Shown here: positions 18,272 through 28,425 of the stretch, piece after piece
Layout: the number at the start of each line of letters is the position of its first letter
How positions within the stretch are numbered: position 1 is the stretch's first letter
Source: Actinomycetota bacterium
GTDB taxonomy: Bacteria; Actinomycetota; Acidimicrobiia; Acidimicrobiales; Ilumatobacteraceae
Direction of reading: 5' to 3'
Assembly: GCA_005788815.1 (NCBI GenBank)
Contig: SYAZ01000015.1
Coordinates: forward strand, 629-64,628
Length of the DNA stretch: 64,000 nt
The notes under the pieces: generated by a model
What the model saw: only the letters and a program-made list of their open reading frames with translations
The model's database searches: none
What the model was told of the DNA's origin: nothing
Translations under genes and position numbers: made by a program

Positions 18272-19059
18272 CGGCTCATTGCCTTTGTCTTGCGTTCCAT
18301 CCATGCGACAAGTTGAGTGAGTGGAAGCGTCATTGCTAAGTACACAAGTCCAGCGACAATCAGTGGCGTAGCGTTAGCTGTTTGGTTGACTCCGTCGCGA
18401 CCGAAACGCGCTAAGTCTTTAGTAGCAGCAGTAACGCCGAGGACCGAGATGAGCGAGGTGTCTTTGATAAGAAGAACAAATTCGTTAGTAAGTGGTGGAA
18501 CGATAATGCGAAGGGCTTGCGGAATGATGATGGTGATCATGGCTCGTGAATATGACATGCCAAGTGAACGTGCAGCTTCCATTTGGCCTTTGGGCACGGC
18601 TTCTATGCCTGCACGAATAGTTTCGGCCATGTAGGCACTTGCAACTAATGACAAGGGGATGGCGCCCTGAAGATAGGGATTTGGCCACTTCCACCCGGTA
18701 GCGATGGGGATTCCGAAACCGAGAATGAGCAATGTCACTAAGAGTGGAATTCCACGAAAAACTTCAATGTATGTGGCAGCAAACCATCTGTAAGCACGAA
18801 TGCTGCTGAGACGCATGAGGGCGAACAAAAGCCCGAATGACAAACCGCCTGCGAAACCAAGCACCGTAAAGACGACAGTGTTCTTTGCGGCCTTAGTCAG
18901 GATGTCTGGGAACTGTTCTTTCACAATGTCCCAACGGAACATTGCATTTCCCAAACGCTCCCAATCGATGAAGAGGATCACAGCAATCAATAAAGCGATA
19001 CTGACTACGTACATGGCATAGCGCACATACATAGCTTTCTTGCGTTTACTGAGCGCCAT
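18268..19059 (-). CDS. amino-acid ABC transporter permease (His/Glu/Gln/Arg/opine family)
   Basis: 263-aa polytopic protein with [33 protein letters not shown] (EAA loop). Confidence 0.9.
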   Translation of the reverse strand: MALSKRKKAMYVRYAMYVVSIALLIAVILFIDWERLGNAMFRWDIVKEQFPDILTKAAKNTVVFTVLGFAGGLSFGLLFALMRLSSIRAYRWFAATYIEVFRGIPLLVTLLILGFGIPIATGWKWPNPYLQGAIPLSLVASAYMAETIRAGIEAVPKGQMEAARSLGMSYSRAMITIIIPQALRIIVPPLTNEFVLLIKDTSLISVLGVTAATKDLARFGRDGVNQTANATPLIVAGLVYLAMTLPLTQLVAWMERKTKAMSR

Positions 19060-19102
19060 GACCCTCTTCGTCGTTAGGTATTAGTTATTGGGTGATCTGA
19101 GA

Positions 19103-19888
19103 TCAGCCAATGAAGTACTTGTCGTAAATGGTCTTGTATGTGCCGTCGGCCTTGAGGTCAGTGATGCCCTTGTTCAAGATTTCGAGGAGTGCTGTGTTGC
19201 CGGTTTCGACTGCAAATCCGTACTGCTCTGGTGTGTCTTCAAACTTGATGGAAACAACTGAAGTTCCCTGCTTGTCGGCACGTTCCTTATTAATGAGGTA
19301 GTCCTGAAGAACACCGTCTACTTGACCGGACTCGAGAGCAAGGAACATTGCGGATGCTTCATCAAATGATTGGATCGTTGAAGAAGTTGCATTTTCCTTT
19401 GCAAATGATTCGCCAGTTGTTCCTGTTTGCACAGCAATTGTCTTTCCAGCGAGTGACTCAAGAGTTGTGTAGGTCATCTCATTTGCTTTGCTGACAAGAA
19501 GTGACTGGAATGCATCGAAGTAGCTCTGTGTGAAGTCTGCTGCTTCTTCGCGCTCTGGTGTGATTGTCATAGATGATGCAACCATGTCGCATGTGCCAGC
19601 TGCAGGTGCGAGCCAAATTCCATCGAACGGTTGCACGCTGACTTCGAGTTCAAGATTATTTGCTTCTGCAATCTTGCGAACAATGTCCATGTCGAAGCCG
19701 GTCCAATTGCCATCGGCATCTTGGAATTCAAATGGCTCGTATGGCGCATCGGAACAGACTGTGAGCTTGCCCTCTGCAATGGTGCTAAGTGCCCCTTCTT
19801 CGGTTGATGATGAATCGCTGCCGCCGCATGCTGCGACAACAAGCGATAATGCTGCAACGGCTGCAAGCAAACGTGAACTACGTGCCAT
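19103..19888 (-). CDS. amino-acid ABC transporter substrate-binding lipoprotein
   Basis: Internal start MARSSRLLAAVAALSLVVAACGG (signal peptide plus lipobox). Type-3 SBP-like body. The upstream ORF extension looks non-coding. Confidence 0.85.
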   Translation of the reverse strand: MARSSRLLAAVAALSLVVAACGGSDSSSTEEGALSTIAEGKLTVCSDAPYEPFEFQDADGNWTGFDMDIVRKIAEANNLELEVSVQPFDGIWLAPAAGTCDMVASSMTITPEREEAADFTQSYFDAFQSLLVSKANEMTYTTLESLAGKTIAVQTGTTGESFAKENATSSTIQSFDEASAMFLALESGQVDGVLQDYLINKERADKQGTSVVSIKFEDTPEQYGFAVETGNTALLEILNKGITDLKADGTYKTIYDKYFIG

Positions 19889-20058
19889 GTGTGACTCCTT
19901 TGATAGTGCCCGGTATTGGGCTGGCACAACCTTAGACCACAAGAAGCAGTGCGCTATCAAGTGCGTTTGTGGGGAAATGCAGTGAAAAAGAATTCGATAG
20001 GCCGACAATTGCGACACGTGCCCCAGTTCAAAGGGCTTGGGCGACAATACTCGTAGAC

Positions 20059-22152
20059 GTGGAACGTAGATCAGACATAGAGGGCCTGCGCGCTATTGCA
20101 GTGCTTGCAGTTCTTCTGTTTCATGCTGGGGTTCCACACCTCGAAGGTGGCTACATCGGCGTCGACGTATTTTTCGTGCTTTCGGGATTCCTGATTACTT
20201 CGCTGCTGGTACGTGAGCGCGAATCTGATGGTGGTATCTCCCTTGGAGCGTTTTATGCCCGACGTGCTCGCCGTATTTTGCCCGTTTCTTCCCTCGTTGC
20301 TGTGGCCACGGTGATTGCATCTTGGGTGTGGTTAGAACCACTGCGGATTCGCTCGTTGGCCAATGATGTGATTGCCGTATCAACATTCTCTTCTAACTTT
20401 GTCTTTGCAAGTCGTGGAGCAGATTATCTGCAGTCAACCTTGCCTCCTTCGCCATTGCAGCACTATTGGAGCCTTGCTGTAGAAGAACAATTTTATTTCG
20501 TGTGGCCTGCCGTAATAGCGCTTGTGTGTGTTGGCGCTGCATCCCATATCGCTATCCGTCGCAGAGTTGGCTTGCTCGCAACTGTTGTTTCAGTAGCTTC
20601 ATTTGCAATGTGCATGGTTCTCATGAACACGTCGCAACCTTGGGCATTTTTTGCGCCTCACACCCGTGCATTTGAATTGTCGATTGGTGCACTTTTCGCT
20701 GTCCTTCCAGTTGCTACTAGTAGGACAGCAAAAATCTTCAGCGGCGTATCTGCGTGGATTGGTTTAGTGGCTGTGTGTTGTTGCGTGGTGTTATTCACTG
20801 AGACCACAAGATTTCCTGGGCCGTGGGCATTAGTGCCCGCAATAGCAACTGCATTCGTATTAAGAGGTGGCAATGTTGCTTCCTGGGCGCCACACAGTGT
20901 GTTGAAGTGGACTCCTTTTCAATGGCTCGGTTCTCGCTCGTATTCTGCGTATCTCTGGCATTGGCCGATTCTGATCATCGCCGTTCCTGCACTTGACCGT
21001 GAGTTAACAATCAATGAAGGACTGTTGTGCATTGTTGTCGCCCTTGTGTTATCAGAGTTTTCTTATCGAATTGTTGAAAATCCCATTCGACGGAATCATC
21101 AGATACGGGGCGTGCGTGCCGTGGCACTTGCTGTATCTCTGGTTGCAATTGTCGGTGGCGCTGGGGTGCTAGCCCAAAACAATCCGCCAGAGATGAGTAG
21201 TGGTGTGATCGCTACTACACCTACTTTGGTAGCAACTACTTCCACCAACGTCGATGTCTCTTCCACCACAATCCCGATAGCCCCACAACTTCCTGGACTG
21301 TCAGCCCCGATTGCGCCCATTGTTGATGCAATGTTGGCAACTGGATTACCTGGCAATATCACTCCGTCGTTACAGGGTGCATTATCCGATATGCCCATTA
21401 TCTATAACAACGGTTGTCATGTTGGTTTCTCATCTGTTACTCCAAAGCATTGTGTTTTCGGCAACAAAGATTCGACCACAGTGATTGGTCTGTACGGCGA
21501 TTCGCACGCTGCACAATGGTTTCCAGCATTTGAAAAAGTAGCAATAAAGCGCAACTGGAAACTCATTACGTATACAAAACGTGGATGCCCACCTGCAGAC
21601 ATAACGGTGTACAGCAAAGTATTGGGCAAGGTGTACAACGAATGTGGACCCTGGCGAAAGAAAGCACTTGCCAAAATGATAGAAGACGGTGTTTCCGTTG
21701 TCTTCGTTGCTCACTTTGATCGACTGTTATCCGCTACAACGCGTAAACCAATGTGGCAAAAGGAATGGCGTGAAGGTCTACAAGGAACAGTCGACGCGCT
21801 GAAGGGTCAAGGAATTGTTCCTGTCTTAATGCAGGATACGCCGTATCCAGGACAAGATGTTCCAACGTGTCTTAGTCGTAACTACACAAATGTTCACCGA
21901 TGCACACCTGGAGTGACCTCGGCATATCGAGACGACATGCAAGCGATGGTTAGAGACTTTGATGCCGCCGGCGAGAACATGTTGTGGGTACAAAGTTGGT
22001 TTTGTGCAACCAATGGTTGTCCGACTGTTGTAGGAAACATCATGGTGTACCGAGACGACAATCACATGTCTGTGACCTTCGCATCGTTCATTGCCCCTTT
22101 ATTAGATGCTGATATTACCGAATTTGTGGAATGGTATTCACATACTTCATAA
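20059..22152 (+). CDS. acyltransferase-3 family membrane protein with C-terminal SGNH domain (OafA/YrhL-like)
   Basis: RSDIEGLRAIAVLAVLLFHAG start motif, about 10 TM helices, then GLYGDSHAAQWFPAF (GDSx). The start could be as early as 19969. Confidence 0.85.
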   Translation: MERRSDIEGLRAIAVLAVLLFHAGVPHLEGGYIGVDVFFVLSGFLITSLLVRERESDGGISLGAFYARRARRILPVSSLVAVATVIASWVWLEPLRIRSLANDVIAVSTFSSNFVFASRGADYLQSTLPPSPLQHYWSLAVEEQFYFVWPAVIALVCVGAASHIAIRRRVGLLATVVSVASFAMCMVLMNTSQPWAFFAPHTRAFELSIGALFAVLPVATSRTAKIFSGVSAWIGLVAVCCCVVLFTETTRFPGPWALVPAIATAFVLRGGNVASWAPHSVLKWTPFQWLGSRSYSAYLWHWPILIIAVPALDRELTINEGLLCIVVALVLSEFSYRIVENPIRRNHQIRGVRAVALAVSLVAIVGGAGVLAQNNPPEMSSGVIATTPTLVATTSTNVDVSSTTIPIAPQLPGLSAPIAPIVDAMLATGLPGNITPSLQGALSDMPIIYNNGCHVGFSSVTPKHCVFGNKDSTTVIGLYGDSHAAQWFPAFEKVAIKRNWKLITYTKRGCPPADITVYSKVLGKVYNECGPWRKKALAKMIEDGVSVVFVAHFDRLLSATTRKPMWQKEWREGLQGTVDALKGQGIVPVLMQDTPYPGQDVPTCLSRNYTNVHRCTPGVTSAYRDDMQAMVRDFDAAGENMLWVQSWFCATNGCPTVVGNIMVYRDDNHMSVTFASFIAPLLDADITEFVEWYSHTS

Positions 22153-22171
22153 TTCGTGTAACACTACTGAC

Positions 22172-23098
22172 GTGAAACAGCGCAAGTCCTTAAGTCATAC
22201 CTTGAATGATCTCGTGGAGGCGGGGGTGTTATCTTCTGAGCAATCTGAAGACATTACGAATGCCCCGCGTCTGGCGTACACCCCGCGTGAATTGCTTTCG
22301 TATCTTGCTGCATTGATTATCACCGTCGGGGTTATACGCACTGTGGCTGGGGCGTTGACGGATATCTCTGAAACTGCGATAGCGACTCTCTTGTATCTTC
22401 TTGCAGTCGTTACTGCTGCAGCAGCCTTTCGTCTCAGTAGAAGAAGTGACATGCAGAGCCGCGTATCCGAAGTACTAGAAATTGCGTCGACTTTGTCTGC
22501 AGCGATTGCAACTGGCATCGTCTGCAATCTTCTTGATTTTGAAATGAAGTGGCCCGTTGCGATCATTGCTCTTGTCGCTATCGGGTGGGGACTTTTCCGT
22601 GCGCGCGATTCGGAAATAGTCGGCGCAATACTGATGTCTGTTGGAATGCCAGTGTTCATTGTGGCATTTGCTGCTGGGCTTAATGAAGACAACTCGCAAT
22701 TAATGGGACTATTCATGGGTGTCGGTGGTGGATTGTTAATTTTTCAAGGCACCCGAGTTATGGGATTTTCTTTTGCACCTCGTGCTGCAGGATCGCTGTA
22801 TGTGCTTATTGGCGCGATGATATTGGGCAGTGATTTTGGTGGGGCAGGGCGAGCTATTCCGTTACTAATTGGTGCTGCGCTGTTTGCTGTGGGCACACAA
22901 CGACTTGCTCCTGAAATGTTGCTTGCCGGTGCCTTCTGCGTGCTTGCCGGACTGTTATCGATTGTTTTTGAGACAATCGATAATGACATTGCTCAAGGCC
23001 TCGCCATAGTGGCCTCGGGTCTAGTTGTACTTGCGGTGCTCGGAGTGCAGATGCGTCGTGCTGTTAGTCAATCAAAGACTGAAACACCAACTGTTTGA
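22172..23098 (+). CDS. hypothetical polytopic membrane protein
   Basis: GTG at 22172 lies just after the upstream stop. A short soluble N-terminus (LNDLVEAGVLSSEQSEDI) is followed by about 9 hydrophobic helices. No family assigned. Confidence 0.5.
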   Translation: MKQRKSLSHTLNDLVEAGVLSSEQSEDITNAPRLAYTPRELLSYLAALIITVGVIRTVAGALTDISETAIATLLYLLAVVTAAAAFRLSRRSDMQSRVSEVLEIASTLSAAIATGIVCNLLDFEMKWPVAIIALVAIGWGLFRARDSEIVGAILMSVGMPVFIVAFAAGLNEDNSQLMGLFMGVGGGLLIFQGTRVMGFSFAPRAAGSLYVLIGAMILGSDFGGAGRAIPLLIGAALFAVGTQRLAPEMLLAGAFCVLAGLLSIVFETIDNDIAQGLAIVASGLVVLAVLGVQMRRAVSQSKTETPTV

Positions 23099-24299
23099 GT
23101 TGTGGGCGCAGTGGCCAAGTGCTTGAGGGCAAGAGCTGAGTCATGATCATGTACACAAGTTCTTCTTTTGGATCAACAGTGAAATTGGTGCTTGCCGCAC
23201 CGCCCCAACCGTAATCACCAGCGCTGCCAGGTACTTTTGCCTTCACAGGGTCGAGGGTGACGCTGACACTGAGTCCAAAGCCAACACCGTCGAATGCTGT
23301 TTCAGCAAAGAGCGGACGACCATATTCAGTGAGATCTGCGTTGTTTGGCAAATGGTTTGAAGCCATAAACGCAATAGTGCGATTCGACAAAATTCGTGTG
23401 CCGTTGTACTCGCCACCTCCGCGCAACATCTCTGCAAATTTCAAGTAGTCACTCGTGGTGGAAACAAGACCACCACCACCAAGATGCGCTTTTGGTTCAA
23501 CTAGTGCGCCAGCAGCACCTGCATCATTTCGCAAGATCTTCTTGTCTGCAGGATTCGGTACGTACAAGGCAGCAAGTCTGTCTGCTTTATCTGCCGAGCA
23601 GTGAAATGCAGTGTCGGTCATGCCAAGAGGATCAAAGATTCGCTTCTTCATGAATTCGCCGAGTGTCATTCCCGACAGAATTTCAACAACGCGACCAAGC
23701 ACATCGATTGACATTGAATATGCCCATTCGGCTCCGGGCTGGAACATCAGTGGAAGACCAGCAAGGATGTCGCAAATGTCAGCCAAGGATGCATCGCGTG
23801 GAGTGCCCCATTCGAAACCTGCATTGCGATACATCTGGTCGACTGGGTTCGAATATACGAAGCCGTATGTCATTCCCGCGGTGTGTGAGAACAAGTGCCA
23901 CATTTCCATCGGCTCTGAAACCGGGTCATATCGAGGTGCAGTCAATGTTCCTGAACGGAAAACTTTTTGGTCTGCGAAAGACGGGATATACCACTTCACC
24001 TGATCATGCATTTCAAACAGACCTTCTTCCCACAAAATGAGAGCTGCGACAGCACAAATGGGTTTGGTCATTGAGTACGCGCGATAAATAGTGTCATCCG
24101 CGATTGGTTTTTTGTTCTCAACATCGGCGTATCCGTACATATCGCTATAGGCCAACTTGCCACCACGCGAAACAGTGATGTGATAGCCGGGCAATTTGCC
24201 ACTGTCTACGTACTTTCCAAAGTGAGTACGAATGCGTGCAAGACGCGCGGCGTCTAGCCCCACTTCAGATGGATTAACTGTTACCTCGAGATTCGACAT
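23064..24299 (-). CDS. serine hydrolase / class-C beta-lactamase family protein
   Basis: 411 aa with YRAYSMTKPICAVA (SxxK) and a later YSMS segment. Its 3' end overlaps the convergent gene by 35 nt. Confidence 0.85.
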   Translation of the reverse strand: MSNLEVTVNPSEVGLDAARLARIRTHFGKYVDSGKLPGYHITVSRGGKLAYSDMYGYADVENKKPIADDTIYRAYSMTKPICAVAALILWEEGLFEMHDQVKWYIPSFADQKVFRSGTLTAPRYDPVSEPMEMWHLFSHTAGMTYGFVYSNPVDQMYRNAGFEWGTPRDASLADICDILAGLPLMFQPGAEWAYSMSIDVLGRVVEILSGMTLGEFMKKRIFDPLGMTDTAFHCSADKADRLAALYVPNPADKKILRNDAGAAGALVEPKAHLGGGGLVSTTSDYLKFAEMLRGGGEYNGTRILSNRTIAFMASNHLPNNADLTEYGRPLFAETAFDGVGFGLSVSVTLDPVKAKVPGSAGDYGWGGAASTNFTVDPKEELVYMIMTQLLPSSTWPLRPQLKQLVFQSLID

Positions 24300-24331
24300 A
24301 ACAGCAATCTAGAACTACCTCACGGAGTGGG

Positions 24332-24369
24332 TAGTACTGGAACAGTTACTTAGTACTGGAACAGTTACT
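24332..24369. repeat. perfect tandem duplication, 2 x 19 bp (tagtactggaacagttact), operator-like
   Basis: Read directly: 24332-24350 equals 24351-24369. Each unit holds an imperfect palindrome, AGTAACTG-TTC-CAGTACT on the minus strand. It lies between the stop of the AhpD-like gene (the second copy includes the TAA) and the serine-hydrolase start. Confidence 0.9.
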
Positions 24370-24727
24370 GTGGCTTAGTGGCGAATTCTCGAAACGCCGC
24401 AAGTGCCCGTGGGCCATAAACAGTGCCGGGGCCTCCACTCATTGAGATAGCGACACCGATTGTCTCGGCTACCTCAGCTTCAGTGGCTTTATTGAGAGCT
24501 GCGCCACGAGCGTGGCTAGCAATACACCCGTCGCACCGCACAGCTATTGCTATGGCAAGTGCTAATAACTCTTTGGTTTTCTTATCTACTGCGCCTTCGG
24601 CAAAAGCCGCACTATGTAATTGAGCAAAACCCTCATAGACACCAGGAATGAGCGCTTTCAGCTCGCGACCTTCTGGCGCAAGTTGGGCAAGGACACCACG
24701 GCCATGGTCGTGTACGTGATCTGTCAT
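24365..24727 (-). CDS. carboxymuconolactone decarboxylase / AhpD-like family protein
   Basis: KELLALAIAIAVRCDGCIASHARGA (CxxC core of the AhpD/CMD fold). The ATG at 24727 forms an ATGA overlap with the upstream kinase-like gene. Confidence 0.8.
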   Translation of the reverse strand: MTDHVHDHGRGVLAQLAPEGRELKALIPGVYEGFAQLHSAAFAEGAVDKKTKELLALAIAIAVRCDGCIASHARGAALNKATEAEVAETIGVAISMSGGPGTVYGPRALAAFREFATKPQ

Positions 24728-25830
24728 GCAAATACTGTAAGGGCATCGTTGTCGGCAACACAATTGAGTGCTCGCAACAACATGTCCTGCAGTAACTGTT
24801 GGCCACGCTCGTTTTGCTCGGCAAATCCACCAAATGTTGTAACGCCATATGTGACACAGAAACACACTGAGATGAGGTATTGACGCCACATTTCATCACG
24901 ATCAATTGTGATTCCATGCGTCTCGAGACGATCAAGATACGTGTTCACGAGTTCTTGGTCGTGGCCACGACGAACGTCGGTTGCAATGGACTGACTGATG
25001 AAATAACCAACGTCGTACATTCCTGAACCAACTCCTATGAGCTGGAAATCGATGACGGCCGGGTCGTTACCGTCGAACATGATGTTGTCGGCACGATAGT
25101 CACCATGACAAAGAGTTGAAGGAGCCATGAGATTTCCGAGCATCCACGAAACTTTTCCTCCCCAGATGTCACCAATGCCTCGAACACTGTCGGGAAGTAA
25201 ATGCCCCGCGTATTGCTCGACATTTGGCCAACCTTGTGCCCACAACATTGGAAGCACTGCTTCATAGGTTGGGTTTAGCAAAGGCTGGAACACATCTTGC
25301 ATGCCAGACAACTTGGGGCTGTTCCACCACATGGCGTGGTAGTCGGCAAGAGTCTCGAGAAGAATCTTTGATTCAGCCAGACCGACTCCTTCGATTTGAT
25401 TCAATCCGCGGTAGTGGCCGATATCTTCCATTGCAATTGTGAAGTTGGTGTTCTCGCTCTCGATGGCCTGGGCATAACACTTTGCAGTTGTGAATGGGGC
25501 CGATTGTGCGCAATCACGGTAAAAAACCAATTCGCGAATATAGAGAACAAGGGCATCGGCTGTGAAACGTTGAGTTGCATCATCAGTGGGGTACTTCACC
25601 ACAAAAGACTGTGGTGCTTTTGTAGCGCCAGAATAAGTGGGCTTTACTCGCTGCAAGATGCTGAGAATTCCAACACCTTCACCAATGCGTTCTGTTGAAA
25701 CAGATGTCACAGTTACTCCATCTTCTAGGCTCCCGCTACCGCGCAGAACGCCTTCTACCCATGTAGGTGTGATGTCTTTTTCTGAAGCGAGCAATCCGAG
25801 TCCGGATGTAAGCAGATCAACGATGGCCAT
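24724..25830 (-). CDS. phosphotransferase (APH / CHK kinase-like) family protein
   Basis: LCHGDYRADNIMFDG (HxDxxxxN catalytic loop) and VIDFQLIGVGSGMYDVGYF. Start taken at MAIVDLL; the longer ORF would run over the divergent gene. Confidence 0.8.
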   Translation of the reverse strand: MAIVDLLTSGLGLLASEKDITPTWVEGVLRGSGSLEDGVTVTSVSTERIGEGVGILSILQRVKPTYSGATKAPQSFVVKYPTDDATQRFTADALVLYIRELVFYRDCAQSAPFTTAKCYAQAIESENTNFTIAMEDIGHYRGLNQIEGVGLAESKILLETLADYHAMWWNSPKLSGMQDVFQPLLNPTYEAVLPMLWAQGWPNVEQYAGHLLPDSVRGIGDIWGGKVSWMLGNLMAPSTLCHGDYRADNIMFDGNDPAVIDFQLIGVGSGMYDVGYFISQSIATDVRRGHDQELVNTYLDRLETHGITIDRDEMWRQYLISVCFCVTYGVTTFGGFAEQNERGQQLLQDMLLRALNCVADNDALTVFA

Positions 25831-25926
25831 GAGATTCCCCCTAGGTAGTGCTCCCCCCGGAGCAATAACTGAAAACACTAGTAGCCGTTGAAGCAAAGGC
25901 AAATAATCACCTCGTAGGCTTGGGTT

Positions 25927-27003
25927 ATGTCTGATTTGCGCGTGGGACTTATTGGCACCGGAATGATGGGGTGCGAGCATTTGCGCAATCTCATGGGACT
26001 CGAATCGGTGGCTATTACTGCTGTCAGCGACCCGAACGAAGAGCCATTGAACTGGGCCACAAAGACGCTGGGAGACCGAGCCAATAGCGTCACCCAATTC
26101 ACTTCGCATGAGGCCCTACTCGCAAGCGGCCTCATTGATGCAGTGTTGGTTGCTTCACCGAACTACACACATAAGTCAATACTTGATGACATTTTGTCGA
26201 CGAATCTTCCCGTGTTGGTGGAGAAGCCAATGTGCACCACAGTGGAGGATTGCATTTCTGTTGTTCAGGCTCAAGAGTCGCGCTCAGCCATCACTTGGGT
26301 TGGTCTTGAATATCGCTACATGGCACCCATTGCAGGTTTGTTGCAAGAACTTCGCAGCGGAATCATCGGCAATATGAAGATGATGTCCATCCGTGAACAT
26401 CGTTTTCCGTTCTTAGTGAAAGTGGACAACTGGAATCGTTTCTCAAAAAACACTGGCGGCACGCTTGTAGAGAAGTGTTGCCACTTTTTTGACTTGATGA
26501 ATCTTGCTGTGGGCTCGCGGCCAGTACGAGTGATGGCAAGTGGTGGTCAAGATGTGAATCATCTAGACGAGGTATACAACGGTGTACGTAGCGACATTCT
26601 TGATAATGCCTACGTGATTGTTGAATATGCGAACGGTGTACGCACCATGCTTGACCTTTCAATGTTTGCTGAAGGTGGTCAGCACGAACAGGAAATCACT
26701 GTGGTGGGTGACAAAGGAAAACTCGAAGCGTTTGTTCCTGGTAATGGGAAAATCTTTGTGGGGGACCGCTCTTTGCGAGCCGTGCAAGAAATTGATGTTC
26801 CCACTGACCCGGATATTGCACATATGGGTTTCCACTTTGGTGCAAGTTTCATTGAATGCAAACGATTTGTTGATGCGGTTCTCAACAACACGCCACCTGA
26901 AGTAACCGCGGTCGACGGATTGTGGTCTGTTGTGATTGGTGCGGCTGCGCATAAATCCATTGATGAGTCTCGGCCTGTCCTTGTTTCGGAATACGGACTC
27001 TGA
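25927..27003 (+). CDS. Gfo/Idh/MocA family oxidoreductase
   Basis: LRVGLIGTGMMGCEH Rossmann start and VLVEKPM motif. Confidence 0.85.
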   Translation: MSDLRVGLIGTGMMGCEHLRNLMGLESVAITAVSDPNEEPLNWATKTLGDRANSVTQFTSHEALLASGLIDAVLVASPNYTHKSILDDILSTNLPVLVEKPMCTTVEDCISVVQAQESRSAITWVGLEYRYMAPIAGLLQELRSGIIGNMKMMSIREHRFPFLVKVDNWNRFSKNTGGTLVEKCCHFFDLMNLAVGSRPVRVMASGGQDVNHLDEVYNGVRSDILDNAYVIVEYANGVRTMLDLSMFAEGGQHEQEITVVGDKGKLEAFVPGNGKIFVGDRSLRAVQEIDVPTDPDIAHMGFHFGASFIECKRFVDAVLNNTPPEVTAVDGLWSVVIGAAAHKSIDESRPVLVSEYGL

Positions 27004-27004
27004 C

Positions 27005-27439
27005 ATGGACGATCTTGTTTTGGTCTTGCATCTTGTTTCAACGTGCATCATGGTGGGAGTCATTTGGTTTGTGCAGTTAGTGCATTATCCGTTGCTTGCA
27101 GTTGTGCCAGTAGAAAGCGCTACTCAGGTTGCTGAAAAACATCAGAGATGGACTGGTTTTGTGGTGGGGCCACCAATGGCAATCGAAGGCGTGACCACGG
27201 TGATTTTGTGGGCGAATACGCCATCAGGAGTTTCGTGGTGGCTGACATGGGTGAATGGCGCATTCTTGGCAGTAGCACTTCTGTGCACCATCTTCTTATC
27301 GGTGCCACGGCATGCGCGCATGGTTGCGGCTCCAGATGCACAAGTGGGTCGTGAACTTGTGCAAACAAACTGGCCTCGCGCAATTGCATGGACTATTTGT
27401 GGATTTTTCGCTGCCATAATGCTTTTACAAGGGATGTAG
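27005..27439 (+). CDS. hypothetical 4-TM membrane protein
   Basis: ATG lies 1 nt after the upstream TGA. MDDLVLVLHLVSTCIMVGVIWFVQLVHYPLL; 144 aa, four hydrophobic helices. Confidence 0.5.
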   Translation: MDDLVLVLHLVSTCIMVGVIWFVQLVHYPLLAVVPVESATQVAEKHQRWTGFVVGPPMAIEGVTTVILWANTPSGVSWWLTWVNGAFLAVALLCTIFLSVPRHARMVAAPDAQVGRELVQTNWPRAIAWTICGFFAAIMLLQGM

Positions 27440-28417
27440 ATGATGAGTAATTTTGTAAGTTCACTTTTGGATACAGCGATTGTGCCCGGATTTTCACGCG
27501 TTGGTTTCTTTGTGCGTTCCCGCCTGAATCATTGGGATCAAGTCTCTAGTTACGACTTGGCCAACAAAGTGGTGGTGATCACCGGGCCAACATCTGGATT
27601 GGGAAAAGAATGTGTTCGCATTCTGGCACCTACTGGTGCGCAGTTGGTTTTAATTGCTCGTAACAAAGAAAAATGTGAAGACGTTATTGCATCTGTTCGT
27701 GAAATCTGCACTGGACCAGACCCTGTCTGCGTGGTGGCAGAGATGGGTGATCTTCATTCTGTCGGCATGGCAGCAAGAGAAATTGCAACGCGCTTCCCAC
27801 AAATTTCCGCGCTTGTGCACAATGCTGGGGCACTCCTCAATTCACGAGAAGAATCACCGCAAGGCCTTGAACAGACAGTTGCTTCACACGTAGTTGGTCC
27901 ACATCTTTTGACGACTGTGTTAATGCCAAATCTGCTCGCAGCACAAGGGCGCGTCGTGACTGTCTCTTCGGGTGGTATGTATTCGGCAGAACTTCCAATG
28001 GTTGGACACGGTCGAACACTCGAAATGCGCGCTGACAATTACAACGGCACAAAGCAGTATGCAATTGCAAAGCGTGCTCAAGTGACATTGAATGAACTGT
28101 GGGCTAAACAGGAACTATCAGTGCAGTTTGCTTGTATGCACCCGGGTTGGGCAGACACACCAGGAGTGCAAGATTCCATTCCGCGTTTTCGTCAGATAAC
28201 CCGACCAATATTGCGCACAGTTGCTGAAGGTGCGGACACAATTGCGTGGTTGGCCGCCGTCACAGTTATTCCAGGTGCAAGTGGCTCATTTTGGTCTGAT
28301 AGGGAAGTGAGACCAACTCACAAACTTCCATCAACACGCCGCAAAGACACTCGTGATGCTCGAGAAAATCTATGGCAATGGTGCAACGAAGTAATTGCAC
28401 CATTCATCCTGGAATAG
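27440..28417 (+). CDS. SDR family oxidoreductase
   Basis: VVVITGPTSGLGKE (TGxxxGxG), NAG, and YNGTKQYAIAK (YxxxK). Confidence 0.85.
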   Translation: MMSNFVSSLLDTAIVPGFSRVGFFVRSRLNHWDQVSSYDLANKVVVITGPTSGLGKECVRILAPTGAQLVLIARNKEKCEDVIASVREICTGPDPVCVVAEMGDLHSVGMAAREIATRFPQISALVHNAGALLNSREESPQGLEQTVASHVVGPHLLTTVLMPNLLAAQGRVVTVSSGGMYSAELPMVGHGRTLEMRADNYNGTKQYAIAKRAQVTLNELWAKQELSVQFACMHPGWADTPGVQDSIPRFRQITRPILRTVAEGADTIAWLAAVTVIPGASGSFWSDREVRPTHKLPSTRRKDTRDARENLWQWCNEVIAPFILE

Positions 28418-28425
28418 GTTTTTCC

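Noticed and set aside
19889-20047. N-terminal extensions of track ORFs (for example SBP 19103-20047, kinase-like 24724-26109, DUF2786 16828-17676, ispD 59489-60313, AhpD-like 24365-24889)
   Set aside because: The extensions overlap neighbouring genes or divergent starts and look non-coding. Internal starts coincide with signal peptides, family-typical N-termini or ATGA/TGATG coupling to the upstream stop.
22172-23098. Microbial rhodopsin or heliorhodopsin among the polytopic membrane proteins (also 757-1566 and 27005-27439)
   Set aside because: There is no retinal-binding Lys-containing TM7 motif or the characteristic helix-C motifs. Helix count and length do not fit.
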